Source of the DNA: Robiginitomaculum sp.
GTDB lineage: Bacteria > Pseudomonadota > Alphaproteobacteria > Caulobacterales > Maricaulaceae
Length of the DNA: 45,829 nt
Assembly: GCA_002733385.1 (NCBI GenBank)
Contig: NVVO01000008.1
Span: 13,686-59,514 of the forward strand
Reading direction: 5' to 3'
The position numbers and the translations under genes are program-made. Shown here one piece after another: positions 10,626 to 19,934 of the stretch (its first letter is position 1; every line of letters begins with the position of its first letter). Below the pieces are notes generated by a model, which worked only from the letters and a program-made list of their open reading frames with translations, did not search any database and was not told the DNA's origin.

Positions 10626-13058
10626 ATGGAAAATTGGCAAGACATGGTGGTTGGCGGGGAAATGAACTGGTCCATATGGATTTTGCTGTTTGGCGTGGCC
10701 GTTATAGCTTTGTTGATGGGGCTTTCGGTATTGATCAAACGAATATCCCCTTCCAATGCACCTTTGCCCAAGGAGGGTAGGGCAGAAGATGAAGCCCGTG
10801 ATAATTTATTGTCCGCCTTTAATGCCCAGACAACGCCGAGTTTAATTGTAAAGCAGGGAAAACCGGTGTTTTCCAACCCTGCCTATCAGGCTTTGGCGGC
10901 AGAGCTTGGGGTTGATGTGACCGACAATGTTCCGCCCAGCGTCGAGCGATTATTTGCCAAAAAAGAACGGGCCGCGTCTGCGGCTATTTACCGTTTGCAC
11001 CATACGACATCGAGCAATGATATCGGTAAGGAAACCATCCGTACATTGGACGTTGCTGGCAACTACCGGGCTTTTAACGTGCGGGTTTGTTCAATTGAGA
11101 ATGGCCAGCTCTGGCAAATTGAAGATCAGCCGCAGGGTAAGCTAGCGGACATGGATATGCTTTCAGAAGCGCCAATAGGTCTGTTTTCTGTGACCACAGA
11201 CGGCACCGTCATAAAGACAAATTCAGTTTTGCGCGGTTGGCTAGGCTTTGAAGCGGGGGCAATGCCCAATAATATGAAGGCGTTTATCGAAGCCCCCGCA
11301 GCCTTGCTGGACAGCCCGCAAATTCCGGGTCGCACTGTGCGCAGCGATACCCGGCTTATTACACAAAAAGGCGTCGTGTCTCCGGTTGCCATGATGGGGG
11401 GGTGGCACGAAATGGATTCTGGGGATATCTATGCCAGCGTTGCGGTTTATGGTCATTCAGGACTTGGCACCCGCCCGGCAGAGATCGCTGAAACATCTAC
11501 CCCGCAAGATGAAATAAACAGTCCGGCTCCGGCTAATCCATCTGGGGCCGGCGAAGAAGCGGCAATAGCGGATATACCATTTGGTGTCGTGAAACTTGAC
11601 AGTACAGATTTAGACACGGCAGTTGTTTTGGCCGCCAATAAAGAGATGACGAAAATGCTGGGTCGTGAAGTGGACGGCGGTGTTTTATTTAAGTCTTTTT
11701 TCGTGGACGACCTGACCAGTTCAGCTTTTATCGAAGCCGGTATAAATGTGACAAAAGGCCCGGTTGATGTCTATTTGAACGGTAAGAAAGAATGCCCGGT
11801 TGATGTTTATTTTACCAAGCCGGGAGACCAGTCGGAAGAAAGTGGATGTATTGTCTATATTGTTGATGTGCGTAGCAGAAAGGCACTGGAAGACAAACTT
11901 GGACAGTCGCAAAAAATGCAAACCATAGGGCAGTTAACAGGCGGTATTGCCCATGACTTTAACAATCTTTTGGTCGCCATACGATTGAATACAGACATAT
12001 TATTGGGTCGCCACCCGGTCGGAGACCCGTCCTATCCTGAGTTGCAGAGGATCAACCAGACCGTTTCGCGAGCGACTGGCCTCGTGCGAAAACTATTGGC
12101 ATTTTCACGCCAGCAAACCCTGCGTACCGAAGTTCTTGACGTCAATGATACTTTGTCGGAGCTAACATTTTTATTGCAAGATATATTGGTCGAGCGCGTA
12201 AAGTTGGAAGTTGTTCATGGCCGTGGTTTGTTGCCTATTCAAGCCGATAAGGGGCAATTTGAGGTCGTGTTGATGAACCTTTGTGTCAATGCCCGTGACG
12301 CTATGCTTGAAAAGGGCGGTGGTGTCATAGTCCTTAAATCAGCCAAGGTCAGTGATGATGAACTAAAAGCTCAAGATATAGCGCTGCGCAAAACCGGTGG
12401 ATATGTTCGCTTTGATGTTATTGATACTGGAACCGGCATGGACAAGGCGACATTGACAAAAATATTTGAACCGTTTTTTACCACCAAACCGCAAGGCAAG
12501 GGCACAGGGCTTGGCCTGGCAACGGTTAACGGCATTGTCGAGCAATCTGGCGGACATTTGCGTGTGGACAGCAAAATTGGCTACGGCACGACATTCAGCG
12601 TTTATATGCCAACCTCTACGGGGGATGTTAAAAAAATCATTAAGCCGCAGCCGTCTATTGTTGCCGCACGATACAAGCCGTCCGATTTAGCCGGGCAGGG
12701 CACTATTTTATTTGTTGAAGATGAAGACATCGTTCGCGCGCCCGCGGCCAAAATATTACGCAAACGTGGCTATACTGTCATCGAAGCCGACGGCGGCGAT
12801 GAGGCTTATGAAATATTGGCAGCGGGCGAGTATGATTTTGATTTGATGATTTCTGATGTGGTCATGCCAGATATGGGCGGGCCTGAACTGCTTGAAAAGG
12901 CCCGTGATTTGTTGGAGGGGACGCCTGTTGTATTTATTTCCGGGTTCGCTGAGGAAACTTTTTCGGAGCTTTTGTCCAAAGAACCAAATGTGACTTTCAT
13001 GCCAAAACCCTTTTCACTGACCCAATTGGCCGAGAAAGTAAAATCCGTCTTGAGTTAG
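10626..13058 (+). CDS. hybrid sensor histidine kinase/response regulator (CckA-like architecture)
   Basis: One N-terminal TM helix, a PAS-like sensory region, the HisKA box GGIAHDFNNLLVAI, HATPase motifs (NLCVNARDAM, DTGTGM, GKGTGLGLA) and a C-terminal receiver (ILFVEDED...MISDVVMPDMGG...KPF). The track ORF starts at 10581. I prefer the ATG at 10626 (MENWQDM), just before the TM helix. Confidence 0.85.
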   Translation: MENWQDMVVGGEMNWSIWILLFGVAVIALLMGLSVLIKRISPSNAPLPKEGRAEDEARDNLLSAFNAQTTPSLIVKQGKPVFSNPAYQALAAELGVDVTDNVPPSVERLFAKKERAASAAIYRLHHTTSSNDIGKETIRTLDVAGNYRAFNVRVCSIENGQLWQIEDQPQGKLADMDMLSEAPIGLFSVTTDGTVIKTNSVLRGWLGFEAGAMPNNMKAFIEAPAALLDSPQIPGRTVRSDTRLITQKGVVSPVAMMGGWHEMDSGDIYASVAVYGHSGLGTRPAEIAETSTPQDEINSPAPANPSGAGEEAAIADIPFGVVKLDSTDLDTAVVLAANKEMTKMLGREVDGGVLFKSFFVDDLTSSAFIEAGINVTKGPVDVYLNGKKECPVDVYFTKPGDQSEESGCIVYIVDVRSRKALEDKLGQSQKMQTIGQLTGGIAHDFNNLLVAIRLNTDILLGRHPVGDPSYPELQRINQTVSRATGLVRKLLAFSRQQTLRTEVLDVNDTLSELTFLLQDILVERVKLEVVHGRGLLPIQADKGQFEVVLMNLCVNARDAMLEKGGGVIVLKSAKVSDDELKAQDIALRKTGGYVRFDVIDTGTGMDKATLTKIFEPFFTTKPQGKGTGLGLATVNGIVEQSGGHLRVDSKIGYGTTFSVYMPTSTGDVKKIIKPQPSIVAARYKPSDLAGQGTILFVEDEDIVRAPAAKILRKRGYTVIEADGGDEAYEILAAGEYDFDLMISDVVMPDMGGPELLEKARDLLEGTPVVFISGFAEETFSELLSKEPNVTFMPKPFSLTQLAEKVKSVLS

Positions 13059-13127
13059 GCTGTGGTGGACAGTTATTGGGCATAATTCACTCTTGACAAC
13101 GGGCGCGTCATTGCAGATTTACGTCCT

Positions 13128-13937
13128 ATGGAAATTGCCAGTTTTAATGTGAATTCGGTGCGGGTACGTATGCACGGCCTGCCTGTGTGGCTGAAAGAAG
13201 CCAAGCCGGATATTGTTTGTTTGCAAGAAATAAAAACCGTAGACGAAAATTTCCCGACGCAAGCTTTCGAAGACCTTGGCTATAATGTCGCCGTCCACGG
13301 CCAGAAAAGCTATAATGGTGTGGCGGTGCTTTCCAAATTACCATTTGAGGAAGTGAACCCTCGTCTACCTCTTCTGAAATCTAGTGATGACGCAGATGAA
13401 CAGGCGCGTTATCTGGAAGTTGTGGTTTCGGGTAAAACCGGGCCGGTACGCATTGCCAGTATTTATTTACCCAACGGCAATCCGGCCATGGAAGACGGCG
13501 TGCCAAGCGCAAAATATCAATATAAGCTGGACTGGATGGCGCGGCTCAAATCCCATGCACAAAAGCTACTCACCTATGAAGAACCTTTAATTCTAGCCGG
13601 GGATTATAATGTTATCCCGAGCGCTGATGATGTTTATGATGCGTCCCTTTGGGCGGGTGATGCTTTGTTTTTACCCGCGACCCACGCCGCCTATAACGCC
13701 ATTAAATGGCTGGGGCTGACCAGTGCCTATGAGCAGGTTGATGGCCGGGCCCACCAATATACCTATTGGGATTATCAAAGAGGAGCGCGTCCCAAAAATC
13801 ACGGTATCCGTATTGATCATTTGCTGTGTTCCGCTCAAGCCATAGACCATTTGAAATCAGTGCGTATAGATGATTATGTGCGCGACCGCGAAAAGCCGTC
13901 CGACCATGTGCCGATTATTGGCGTGTTTGATTTATAA
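13128..13937 (+). CDS. xthA: exodeoxyribonuclease III (AP endonuclease)
   Basis: 269 aa. Carries IASFNVNSVRVR, PDIVCLQEIK, GDYNVIPS, WDYQRGA...GIRIDHLL and the terminal SDHVP motif, typical of the ExoIII/Ape1 family. Confidence 0.9.
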   Translation: MEIASFNVNSVRVRMHGLPVWLKEAKPDIVCLQEIKTVDENFPTQAFEDLGYNVAVHGQKSYNGVAVLSKLPFEEVNPRLPLLKSSDDADEQARYLEVVVSGKTGPVRIASIYLPNGNPAMEDGVPSAKYQYKLDWMARLKSHAQKLLTYEEPLILAGDYNVIPSADDVYDASLWAGDALFLPATHAAYNAIKWLGLTSAYEQVDGRAHQYTYWDYQRGARPKNHGIRIDHLLCSAQAIDHLKSVRIDDYVRDREKPSDHVPIIGVFDL

Positions 13938-13938
13938 A

Positions 13939-14883
13939 TTATCTTTGGCGTTTTGCGTCTCTTACCCCGTTGATAACATCAAGGACAGCGCCAATTTCCG
14001 TCAGAATTTTTTCGGTGCGTTCGCTTCCGGTTAAGGGTTTGAACATGGAGCCGGCTTCAAATTGGTTGGGAGCTTCGACCGCGATATGAAGCTTGTCTTT
14101 TAAAAACCCGAAGCGAATTTTCTTGCCAGAGACACTGGTTTCCAAATCAACTAATTTTTGCATGAATGTCGGGGTTAGCAAATACCGGGCTTCGACCTGA
14201 TCCGTACCGTAAGCTTCAAAGATTTTTTCAAATTTAGGATCTACCAAGCCGACTCGTTTCATGCCGGCTTTTTTCTTGAAATTAAAAAACCCCGCATCGC
14301 GCAAGACAACGGTTCGGCCTAGAAATTCTCTTTGAAAACCAACTTCAAACAAAATACCGCGAAACGCTGTCCTCCATGTGGTGTTGCCTTTGTTGTCTTT
14401 GTGTCTCGTCTCTAAATGGGCCTCACAAAATGTGAACTCGGTTCCATTAACCGTGCCGCTCATCTGGTCTTCAAAATTTACCCGGTCCCAGCCAGGCAGT
14501 AATTTATTGGTTTTCCATAAACTCAAATCTGGTTCGACGAAATCTTTGGCCTGAAATGACCAGCCTAAAAACGTACAAATATTGCTCATTAATATCTGCT
14601 TGGTTTGGCCACGTAATTTGGACACCATACCATAGAGCACACCAAAACCGCAAAGAATGCCAACGGCACCAACAAAAGCTGCAACCAAAAATATTCCAAA
14701 TTTTAGTGCTATAAAGACGCCAATCAGGACAATGACACCCGCGGTTATAGTGCCGTATTGCTTGCCTTTTGCCAGCTTTTCTTGGCGCTGCAGTTCTTTT
14801 TTTTGCAAGAACGGGTGAATGTTTTGCTCGTAGAATTTGCTAAAGCCTTTGAACTCTGGCCGGGTTTCGTTGAAATTATGCAT
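13939..14883 (-). CDS. DUF3137-like membrane protein
   Basis: 314 aa. Two adjacent TM helices are followed by a soluble domain with F..AHLETRHKD..G.....FRGILFEV and VEARYLLTPTFMQKL, which I recall as DUF3137-type. The family name comes from memory, not from a search. Confidence 0.55.
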   Translation of the reverse strand: MHNFNETRPEFKGFSKFYEQNIHPFLQKKELQRQEKLAKGKQYGTITAGVIVLIGVFIALKFGIFLVAAFVGAVGILCGFGVLYGMVSKLRGQTKQILMSNICTFLGWSFQAKDFVEPDLSLWKTNKLLPGWDRVNFEDQMSGTVNGTEFTFCEAHLETRHKDNKGNTTWRTAFRGILFEVGFQREFLGRTVVLRDAGFFNFKKKAGMKRVGLVDPKFEKIFEAYGTDQVEARYLLTPTFMQKLVDLETSVSGKKIRFGFLKDKLHIAVEAPNQFEAGSMFKPLTGSERTEKILTEIGAVLDVINGVRDAKRQR

Positions 14884-14979
14884 AATAATCTTTTGTGAAT
14901 GGAGGTTTGTATATCCGTTACTCTGTTACCCGTAAACCTGAAATTAAGACTAATACTGTACCCATGTGAGAATGTAACT

Positions 14980-16137
14980 ATGGCGAAATGGGGTCTTATG
15001 TCAAATACACAGCTTGGCAGCTTGTCCGAAAATATAGGCGGCGGTGTGCGCAAATATATTTCCAGTGTATTTGGCCCTGATTGGCCCTATTTGAAACTGT
15101 TGTTTTTAGGTGTTCTCGTGTGGTTTTTACTGGCCCAATTTAGCATGTATCTTGTACCGGACACTTCGAGTACTGGCGGGCAAAATTCCAAACAATATCT
15201 AGAATATGTGGTGCGCAACGGCAAAATTTATTTGGTTTTTGTCATGGCTATCCTGTCGTTCAGGGTCATGGTTGAGGCGAAGAAAACCGATACGGGTCAA
15301 TCCGTACTGGTCTTGATCTTTGGATATTTACGCAGTGTTTGGCAAAAATGGTGGGCTGGGCCAAAAAAAGAGGCCTTGGGCATTCCGGCGTTTCTGTTAC
15401 TGGCTATCATCACATTCGCCCTGTTTTTGTTGTCCTATTCAACCATAAAAACCCGGGTGCCGGATTTTATGCCGTTTAGCTGGGACGTTACATTCATGAA
15501 AATGGACCAAGCCTTGTTTTTTGGTAAAGACGCCTGGCAGCATTTTGCGTTTCTTTATGATTATCCCAAAATTATCCTGTTTATGGATTTTGTCTATGAT
15601 TTATGGGCTGGCATTCTGGTCACGGCCTGGTTTTTCACCTTACGTTACGGCGGCAAGGACAAGCTACGGCGGTATCAATTTATTTTGGCGCTTATGTTGA
15701 TTTGGTTTATCGGCGGCAATATTCTGGCTATCTTATTCTCCACGGCTGGCCCGGTGTATTTTGAAGCTGTAACCGGACTCCCGAGCAGTTTTGATGAACA
15801 AATGGCGGCCCTGTCGGTTATCAATGCCCAAACCCCACTACGGGCATTGGAATATCAGGCATTTTTATGGGATGTGTATGAAAGTCCCGGTGTCGGGCTA
15901 GGCGGCATTGCCGCAATGCCGAGCATGCACAACGCCTCGGCCTTGTTGCTCTATATGATGTTTGCGCGCGGCGTGGTCACACGGATATTGTTTGGCGGGT
16001 TTGTTTTGATCATATTTATCGGTTCATTCATGCTGGCCTGGCATTATGTGGTCGATGCTCTGCTGGTCGTGCCCGTGGTGATTGTCTGCTGGAAACTTGC
16101 GGGTTGGATTGTAAATAAAGTTGCTGTTACGGATTAA
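14980..16137 (+). CDS. PAP2-superfamily (phosphatidic acid phosphatase / sphingolipid-synthase-like) integral membrane protein
   Basis: Polytopic ORF with the C-terminal PAP2 motifs PSMHNASA and AWHYVVDAL (SxH ... HxxxD). The track ORF begins at 14899. The ATG at 14980 (MAKWGLM) leaves a 96-bp divergent promoter region. An ATG at 14998 is also possible. Confidence 0.6.
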   Translation: MAKWGLMSNTQLGSLSENIGGGVRKYISSVFGPDWPYLKLLFLGVLVWFLLAQFSMYLVPDTSSTGGQNSKQYLEYVVRNGKIYLVFVMAILSFRVMVEAKKTDTGQSVLVLIFGYLRSVWQKWWAGPKKEALGIPAFLLLAIITFALFLLSYSTIKTRVPDFMPFSWDVTFMKMDQALFFGKDAWQHFAFLYDYPKIILFMDFVYDLWAGILVTAWFFTLRYGGKDKLRRYQFILALMLIWFIGGNILAILFSTAGPVYFEAVTGLPSSFDEQMAALSVINAQTPLRALEYQAFLWDVYESPGVGLGGIAAMPSMHNASALLLYMMFARGVVTRILFGGFVLIIFIGSFMLAWHYVVDALLVVPVVIVCWKLAGWIVNKVAVTD

Positions 16138-17116
16138 AATTTTTCGCCAAGGCAAATACATCCGCATCCACATTGCCACCTGATAAAATAACCGCGACAT
16201 TTGCGCCGGGTTTTATGTTTTTTGGGCGTGATAAAGCCGCTGCCAATGCTATGGCCCCGCCGGGTTCCAGGGTAATGTCCAGGGTTTGTTTTGCCAGTGC
16301 CATGGCCAGTAAGCATTCTTTATCGGCCAAGGTGAACACCCCGCTCAAATATTTTTTGTTAATGGCAAATGTAATTTCGCCGGGGCTAGGGGCCATCAGG
16401 GCATCACAGAGGGACAGGGGTGCAGGTGTATTGGTTTCGTGCTGGCCTGAGCGCAGTGAGCGGGCATGATCGTCGTAATTTACAGGTTCGCTGCCGTAAA
16501 CTTTGGTGTGAGGGCTATGGGCGCACACGGCAAGATTAGTGCCTGCACACAGCCCACCGCCGCCTATGGGGGTGATGATGGCGTCTAGCCTAACGCCGCG
16601 GGTCTTGTACACGTCTATGATTTCTAGTGCGCATGTGCCTTGCCCGGCGATGACATATTTATCGTCATATGGCGGCACCAATATCCGGTTTTCGGCCTGG
16701 GCAATTCGCGCCGCCAATTTGGCGCGGTCCGTGGTTCTCGGGTCATATTCAATAATTTTTGCACCGTGAGAAAGCGTGCCTTGTTTCTTTTTGCGAGGTG
16801 CATTATCAGGCATGACGATAGTGGCCGAAATGCCCAATTCTTTTGCTGCCAATGCAACACCCTGGGCATGATTACCGGATGAATAGGCGATGACGCCGGC
16901 TTTGCGTTCTTGCTTGGTGAGCAAGGACAGGCGGGAAAAAGCACCCCGATATTTAAACGCCCCGCTTTTTTGCGCGGTTTCGTCTTTCAAATATAAGTTC
17001 AGCCCGCTTATTTTATCAAGCAAATCGTGGCGGACAAGCGGTGTGATGCGGGCATGGCCTTTAAGCCGCCGCGCCGCTGCGACCACATCTTCATAGGTTG
17101 GGATTTCTAAAACCAT
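16127..17116 (-). CDS. PLP-dependent threonine/serine dehydratase family enzyme (short form, no ACT domain)
   Basis: PLP-lysine motif SGAFKYRGAF, SSGNHAQGVA, and glycine loop PIGGGGLCAG. The track ORF extends to 17218. The first 34 codons look non-coding, so I start at the ATG at 17116 (MVLEIPTYEDV). The 3' end overlaps the convergent PAP2 gene by 11 nt. Confidence 0.8.
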   Translation of the reverse strand: MVLEIPTYEDVVAAARRLKGHARITPLVRHDLLDKISGLNLYLKDETAQKSGAFKYRGAFSRLSLLTKQERKAGVIAYSSGNHAQGVALAAKELGISATIVMPDNAPRKKKQGTLSHGAKIIEYDPRTTDRAKLAARIAQAENRILVPPYDDKYVIAGQGTCALEIIDVYKTRGVRLDAIITPIGGGGLCAGTNLAVCAHSPHTKVYGSEPVNYDDHARSLRSGQHETNTPAPLSLCDALMAPSPGEITFAINKKYLSGVFTLADKECLLAMALAKQTLDITLEPGGAIALAAALSRPKNIKPGANVAVILSGGNVDADVFALAKNFNP

Positions 17117-17212
17117 AATATAAACCCTATAATAATCGCCAAACCGGATTGACCTAATAGGCCAGAACGTTAAAACTATATGCAACAAAGAGCATAAAAA
17201 CGGGAGAAATAT

Positions 17213-18847
17213 ATGCAAGGCCTAATGATGCAACAACAGTTGATGATCAGTGATTTAATCGAACATGCTTCGCTTAATCACGCGACCCAGGAAATTGTTT
17301 CTCGTGAAAGCGATGGCAGTGATCACCGCTATACTTGGGCAGAGTGTGCAAGGCGCTCCAAAAAACTGGCCAATGCGCTTTTGGCGGCGGGCGTCAAACC
17401 GGGCGACCGGGTGGCGACAATTGCCTGGAATAATTACCGCCATATTGAAATTTATTACGCCGTTGCCGGCATTGGCGCCATTGTCCATACCATCAATCCG
17501 CGTCTTGACCCCAAGCAGATTGCCTGGATGATTGGTCATGCCGAAGACAGCTATATGTTTTTCGACACCACTTTCGCACCAATCGTACACGGCATTGGCG
17601 GATTTTGTCCAAGCGTTAAAGGCTGGATTGCTATGTGCGACGGCGATAATGTCCCAACCGGTGCGACGGATGTTATTTGTTATGAAGACTTTATCAAAGA
17701 TGCGGACGATACCATTGAGTGGCCGCGTTTTGACGAGAACACCGCATGTTCGCTTTGTTATACATCGGGAACAACGGGCGATCCCAAAGGTGTCTTGTAC
17801 TCCCACCGCTCAACTATTCTCCATGCTTGGGCATCTTGTGCCAAAGATGTGGTCGGTGTTTCGGCCACAGATAGCGTGCTGGCAGTTGTGCCCATGTTCC
17901 ATATTAGCGCTTGGGGGCTTGTCTATTCCTGCGCCATGATGGGCAGTAAGATGGTGATGCCGGGGCCGGGGTTGGACGGTGCTAGCCTGGTTGACATGAT
18001 CCGCAAGGAAGAAGTGACCTATATGCTAGGCGTGCCGACCATATGGATGGGTATTTTGGGACAGTTACGTTCCGAAGGCGGCGAGATGATGGGCAAATTG
18101 CCTTCTGTCAAAGCTGCATTGGTCGGCGGCTCTGCCTTGCCCGAAGTATTGCTGCGGGCCTATGAGGAAGAGCTCGGCATCCCTATGCAACAGGGCTGGG
18201 GCATGACAGAAACCTCGCCTCTGGGTGTGACCAATTCACCCTTGCCGGGTCATGATAAATTGTCACGGGACGAAGAAGTTGCGGTCAAGCTTTTGGCGGG
18301 GCGGGCAATTTTCGGCATTGAAATGCGTATCGTTGACGACGAAGGCGAACTCTTGCCCCGCGATGGTAAAGCCACTGGCCATTTGCATGTGCGCGGGCCG
18401 TGGGTTGCCAATCAATATTTCAAAAAAGAAGACCGTAGCGACTTCACGGATGATGGCTGGTTTGAAACCGGAGATGTTGCAGCTTTGCATCCTAGTGGAC
18501 ATTTGGAAATTACCGACCGCTCCAAAGACGTGATAAAATCCGGCGGCGAATGGATCTCCTCCATTGAGGTTGAAAACGCCGCTATGGACCATCCCCGCGT
18601 TGCTATGGCCGCCTGTATCGGTGCCCACCACGAGAAATGGCAAGAACGGCCCATTCTGATCGTGCAGCCCGTGCCCGGCGCAACACCGGATAAGGACGAA
18701 ATCAAAGCGGCTATTGTGGCTAAATGCGCCAAATGGTGGCTCCCTGACGAAATTTTCTTCAAGGACGAACTACCAATCGGCGCAACAGGCAAGGTGTTGA
18801 AAAAAGATCTAAAAGAAGAGTACAAGGATTTTTCTTTGACCGGGTAG
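17213..18847 (+). CDS. long/medium-chain fatty-acid--CoA ligase (AMP-binding superfamily)
   Basis: 544 aa. AMP-binding motif LCYTSGTTGDPKGVLYSHRS, plus GWGMTETSP, WFETGDVA and the terminal PIGATGKVLKKDL. Confidence 0.85.
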   Translation: MQGLMMQQQLMISDLIEHASLNHATQEIVSRESDGSDHRYTWAECARRSKKLANALLAAGVKPGDRVATIAWNNYRHIEIYYAVAGIGAIVHTINPRLDPKQIAWMIGHAEDSYMFFDTTFAPIVHGIGGFCPSVKGWIAMCDGDNVPTGATDVICYEDFIKDADDTIEWPRFDENTACSLCYTSGTTGDPKGVLYSHRSTILHAWASCAKDVVGVSATDSVLAVVPMFHISAWGLVYSCAMMGSKMVMPGPGLDGASLVDMIRKEEVTYMLGVPTIWMGILGQLRSEGGEMMGKLPSVKAALVGGSALPEVLLRAYEEELGIPMQQGWGMTETSPLGVTNSPLPGHDKLSRDEEVAVKLLAGRAIFGIEMRIVDDEGELLPRDGKATGHLHVRGPWVANQYFKKEDRSDFTDDGWFETGDVAALHPSGHLEITDRSKDVIKSGGEWISSIEVENAAMDHPRVAMAACIGAHHEKWQERPILIVQPVPGATPDKDEIKAAIVAKCAKWWLPDEIFFKDELPIGATGKVLKKDLKEEYKDFSLTG

Positions 18848-18879
18848 GGGGTGTTTTGAACGGTCATTCGCAAAAATTA

Positions 18880-18920
18880 CACAGGCGACCAGCTAGGGGG
18901 AGGGAGGCTGGTCGCCTGTG
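18880..18920. terminator. bidirectional stem-loop between convergent genes
   Basis: A perfect 14-bp inverted repeat, cacaggcgaccagc (18880-18893) / gctggtcgcctgtg (18907-18920), encloses a 13-nt loop. It is followed by two copies of gacattcttttt (T-runs). It sits between the acyl-CoA ligase stop and the stop of the 18978 minus-strand gene. Confidence 0.5.
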
Positions 18921-18977
18921 ATTTGCCCGCCAGACATTCTTTTTCCTCCTGACATTCTTTTTGTGGGGGGGGTGTCG

Positions 18978-19649
18978 CTAAACGGTTTTTGCAGAACCTT
19001 TAGCGGAGAGTTTGTTGATCAGGGCTTCGACTTTATCGGTCAGCTCGCCGACACCAAATTCAATATTATCAGATGTCAGCGTGCCGTAAACCTTGCCGCT
19101 AAAGGTATCAACCAACATGGCTTTAGTGGACGCACGAGGGGAAACCATATTATTATCAATAATAAACCCGGTATTTGCCAAAGCTTTGCCGGCAAAACTA
19201 CCCCACTGGGCATCCGCACCCATACCGTAGATCAACACATAATCCATGCGCAGATCAGACGCGGTCATACGAATTTCGTCGAGCTTGTTGTCGCTATCAC
19301 GCCCGCCCATCATGGGGACTTCGGGGATATTGCGAATGAGCGCCGCCGGACTGACGGGTGCAAATGTGATGCTTGAGCGCATATCAAGACTGGCCCAATC
19401 GCGAAGCTCACTATAGGGCGCGGCGATCAAACGTCCCTTGTCGAGCCGGGCAATGCCGATAGTGGCACCGGGTTTAAGGATTGGTGTGTTTGTATTGGGC
19501 GCAAAAGGTCTGGTCAAAGCCGCTTCCTCAATGACCTTGGATACAGGTTTTTGTGTAGATCCAACTTCGCTCATCAATTGGCTTTTAGCATTGATATTTA
19601 CCGCAAAAACGACGGTGGTTAAGGCGGTGGCGATTAAAAGTTTCAGCAT
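18978..19649 (-). CDS. secreted hypothetical protein
   Basis: I start at the ATG at 19649 (MLKLLIATALTTVVFAVNINA), which has a GGAGGG Shine-Dalgarno 7 nt upstream and gives a clean signal peptide. The track ORF extends to 19739. No recognisable catalytic motif. Confidence 0.55.
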   Translation of the reverse strand: MLKLLIATALTTVVFAVNINAKSQLMSEVGSTQKPVSKVIEEAALTRPFAPNTNTPILKPGATIGIARLDKGRLIAAPYSELRDWASLDMRSSITFAPVSPAALIRNIPEVPMMGGRDSDNKLDEIRMTASDLRMDYVLIYGMGADAQWGSFAGKALANTGFIIDNNMVSPRASTKAMLVDTFSGKVYGTLTSDNIEFGVGELTDKVEALINKLSAKGSAKTV

Positions 19650-19934
19650 GATTTTCCCTCCAATTAGGTGTTGTACAAGGGGCAGGTTGCGCACTCGATG
19701 ATTGTTATATGCAGGGTCAATAGGGCGTGAACTTGCCACGACTGTGCTGATTTCAAGATTTTCACGGCCAATTATGGCGGACTTGCGCGTAAATGCGGCG
19801 AAAACCCGAAATAAGGCAAGAAATATGACCCATACCGGAACTGCTTTGGCGCTATGCCGTCAAACTTTTGTTTTAGTAAGTATTTCCTAACCCTGTAGCG
19901 GTTATGGTCTAGCCTAAAAGGACTGGAACTATAT

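Noticed and set aside
13093-13121. TTGACA-17 nt-GATTTA promoter-like element upstream of xthA.
   Set aside because: The -10 hexamer is weak. It ends only 6 nt before the ATG, which would require a leaderless mRNA. It cannot be distinguished from chance.
16127-17218. The extended N-termini offered by the ORF track for the dehydratase (to 17218), the kinase (from 10581), the PAP2 protein (from 14899), the secreted protein (to 19739) and the dockerin protein (to 26193).
   Set aside because: The extensions lack family similarity, overlap neighbouring genes or promoters, and use non-ATG starts. Internal ATG/GTG codons with Shine-Dalgarno sequences give canonical N-termini or signal peptides.
18918-19376. 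152-aa plus-strand ORF beginning in the terminator region.
   Set aside because: It starts inside the duplicated gacattcttttt / hairpin region and is antisense to the 18978-19649 ORF. That ORF has an SD and a signal peptide.
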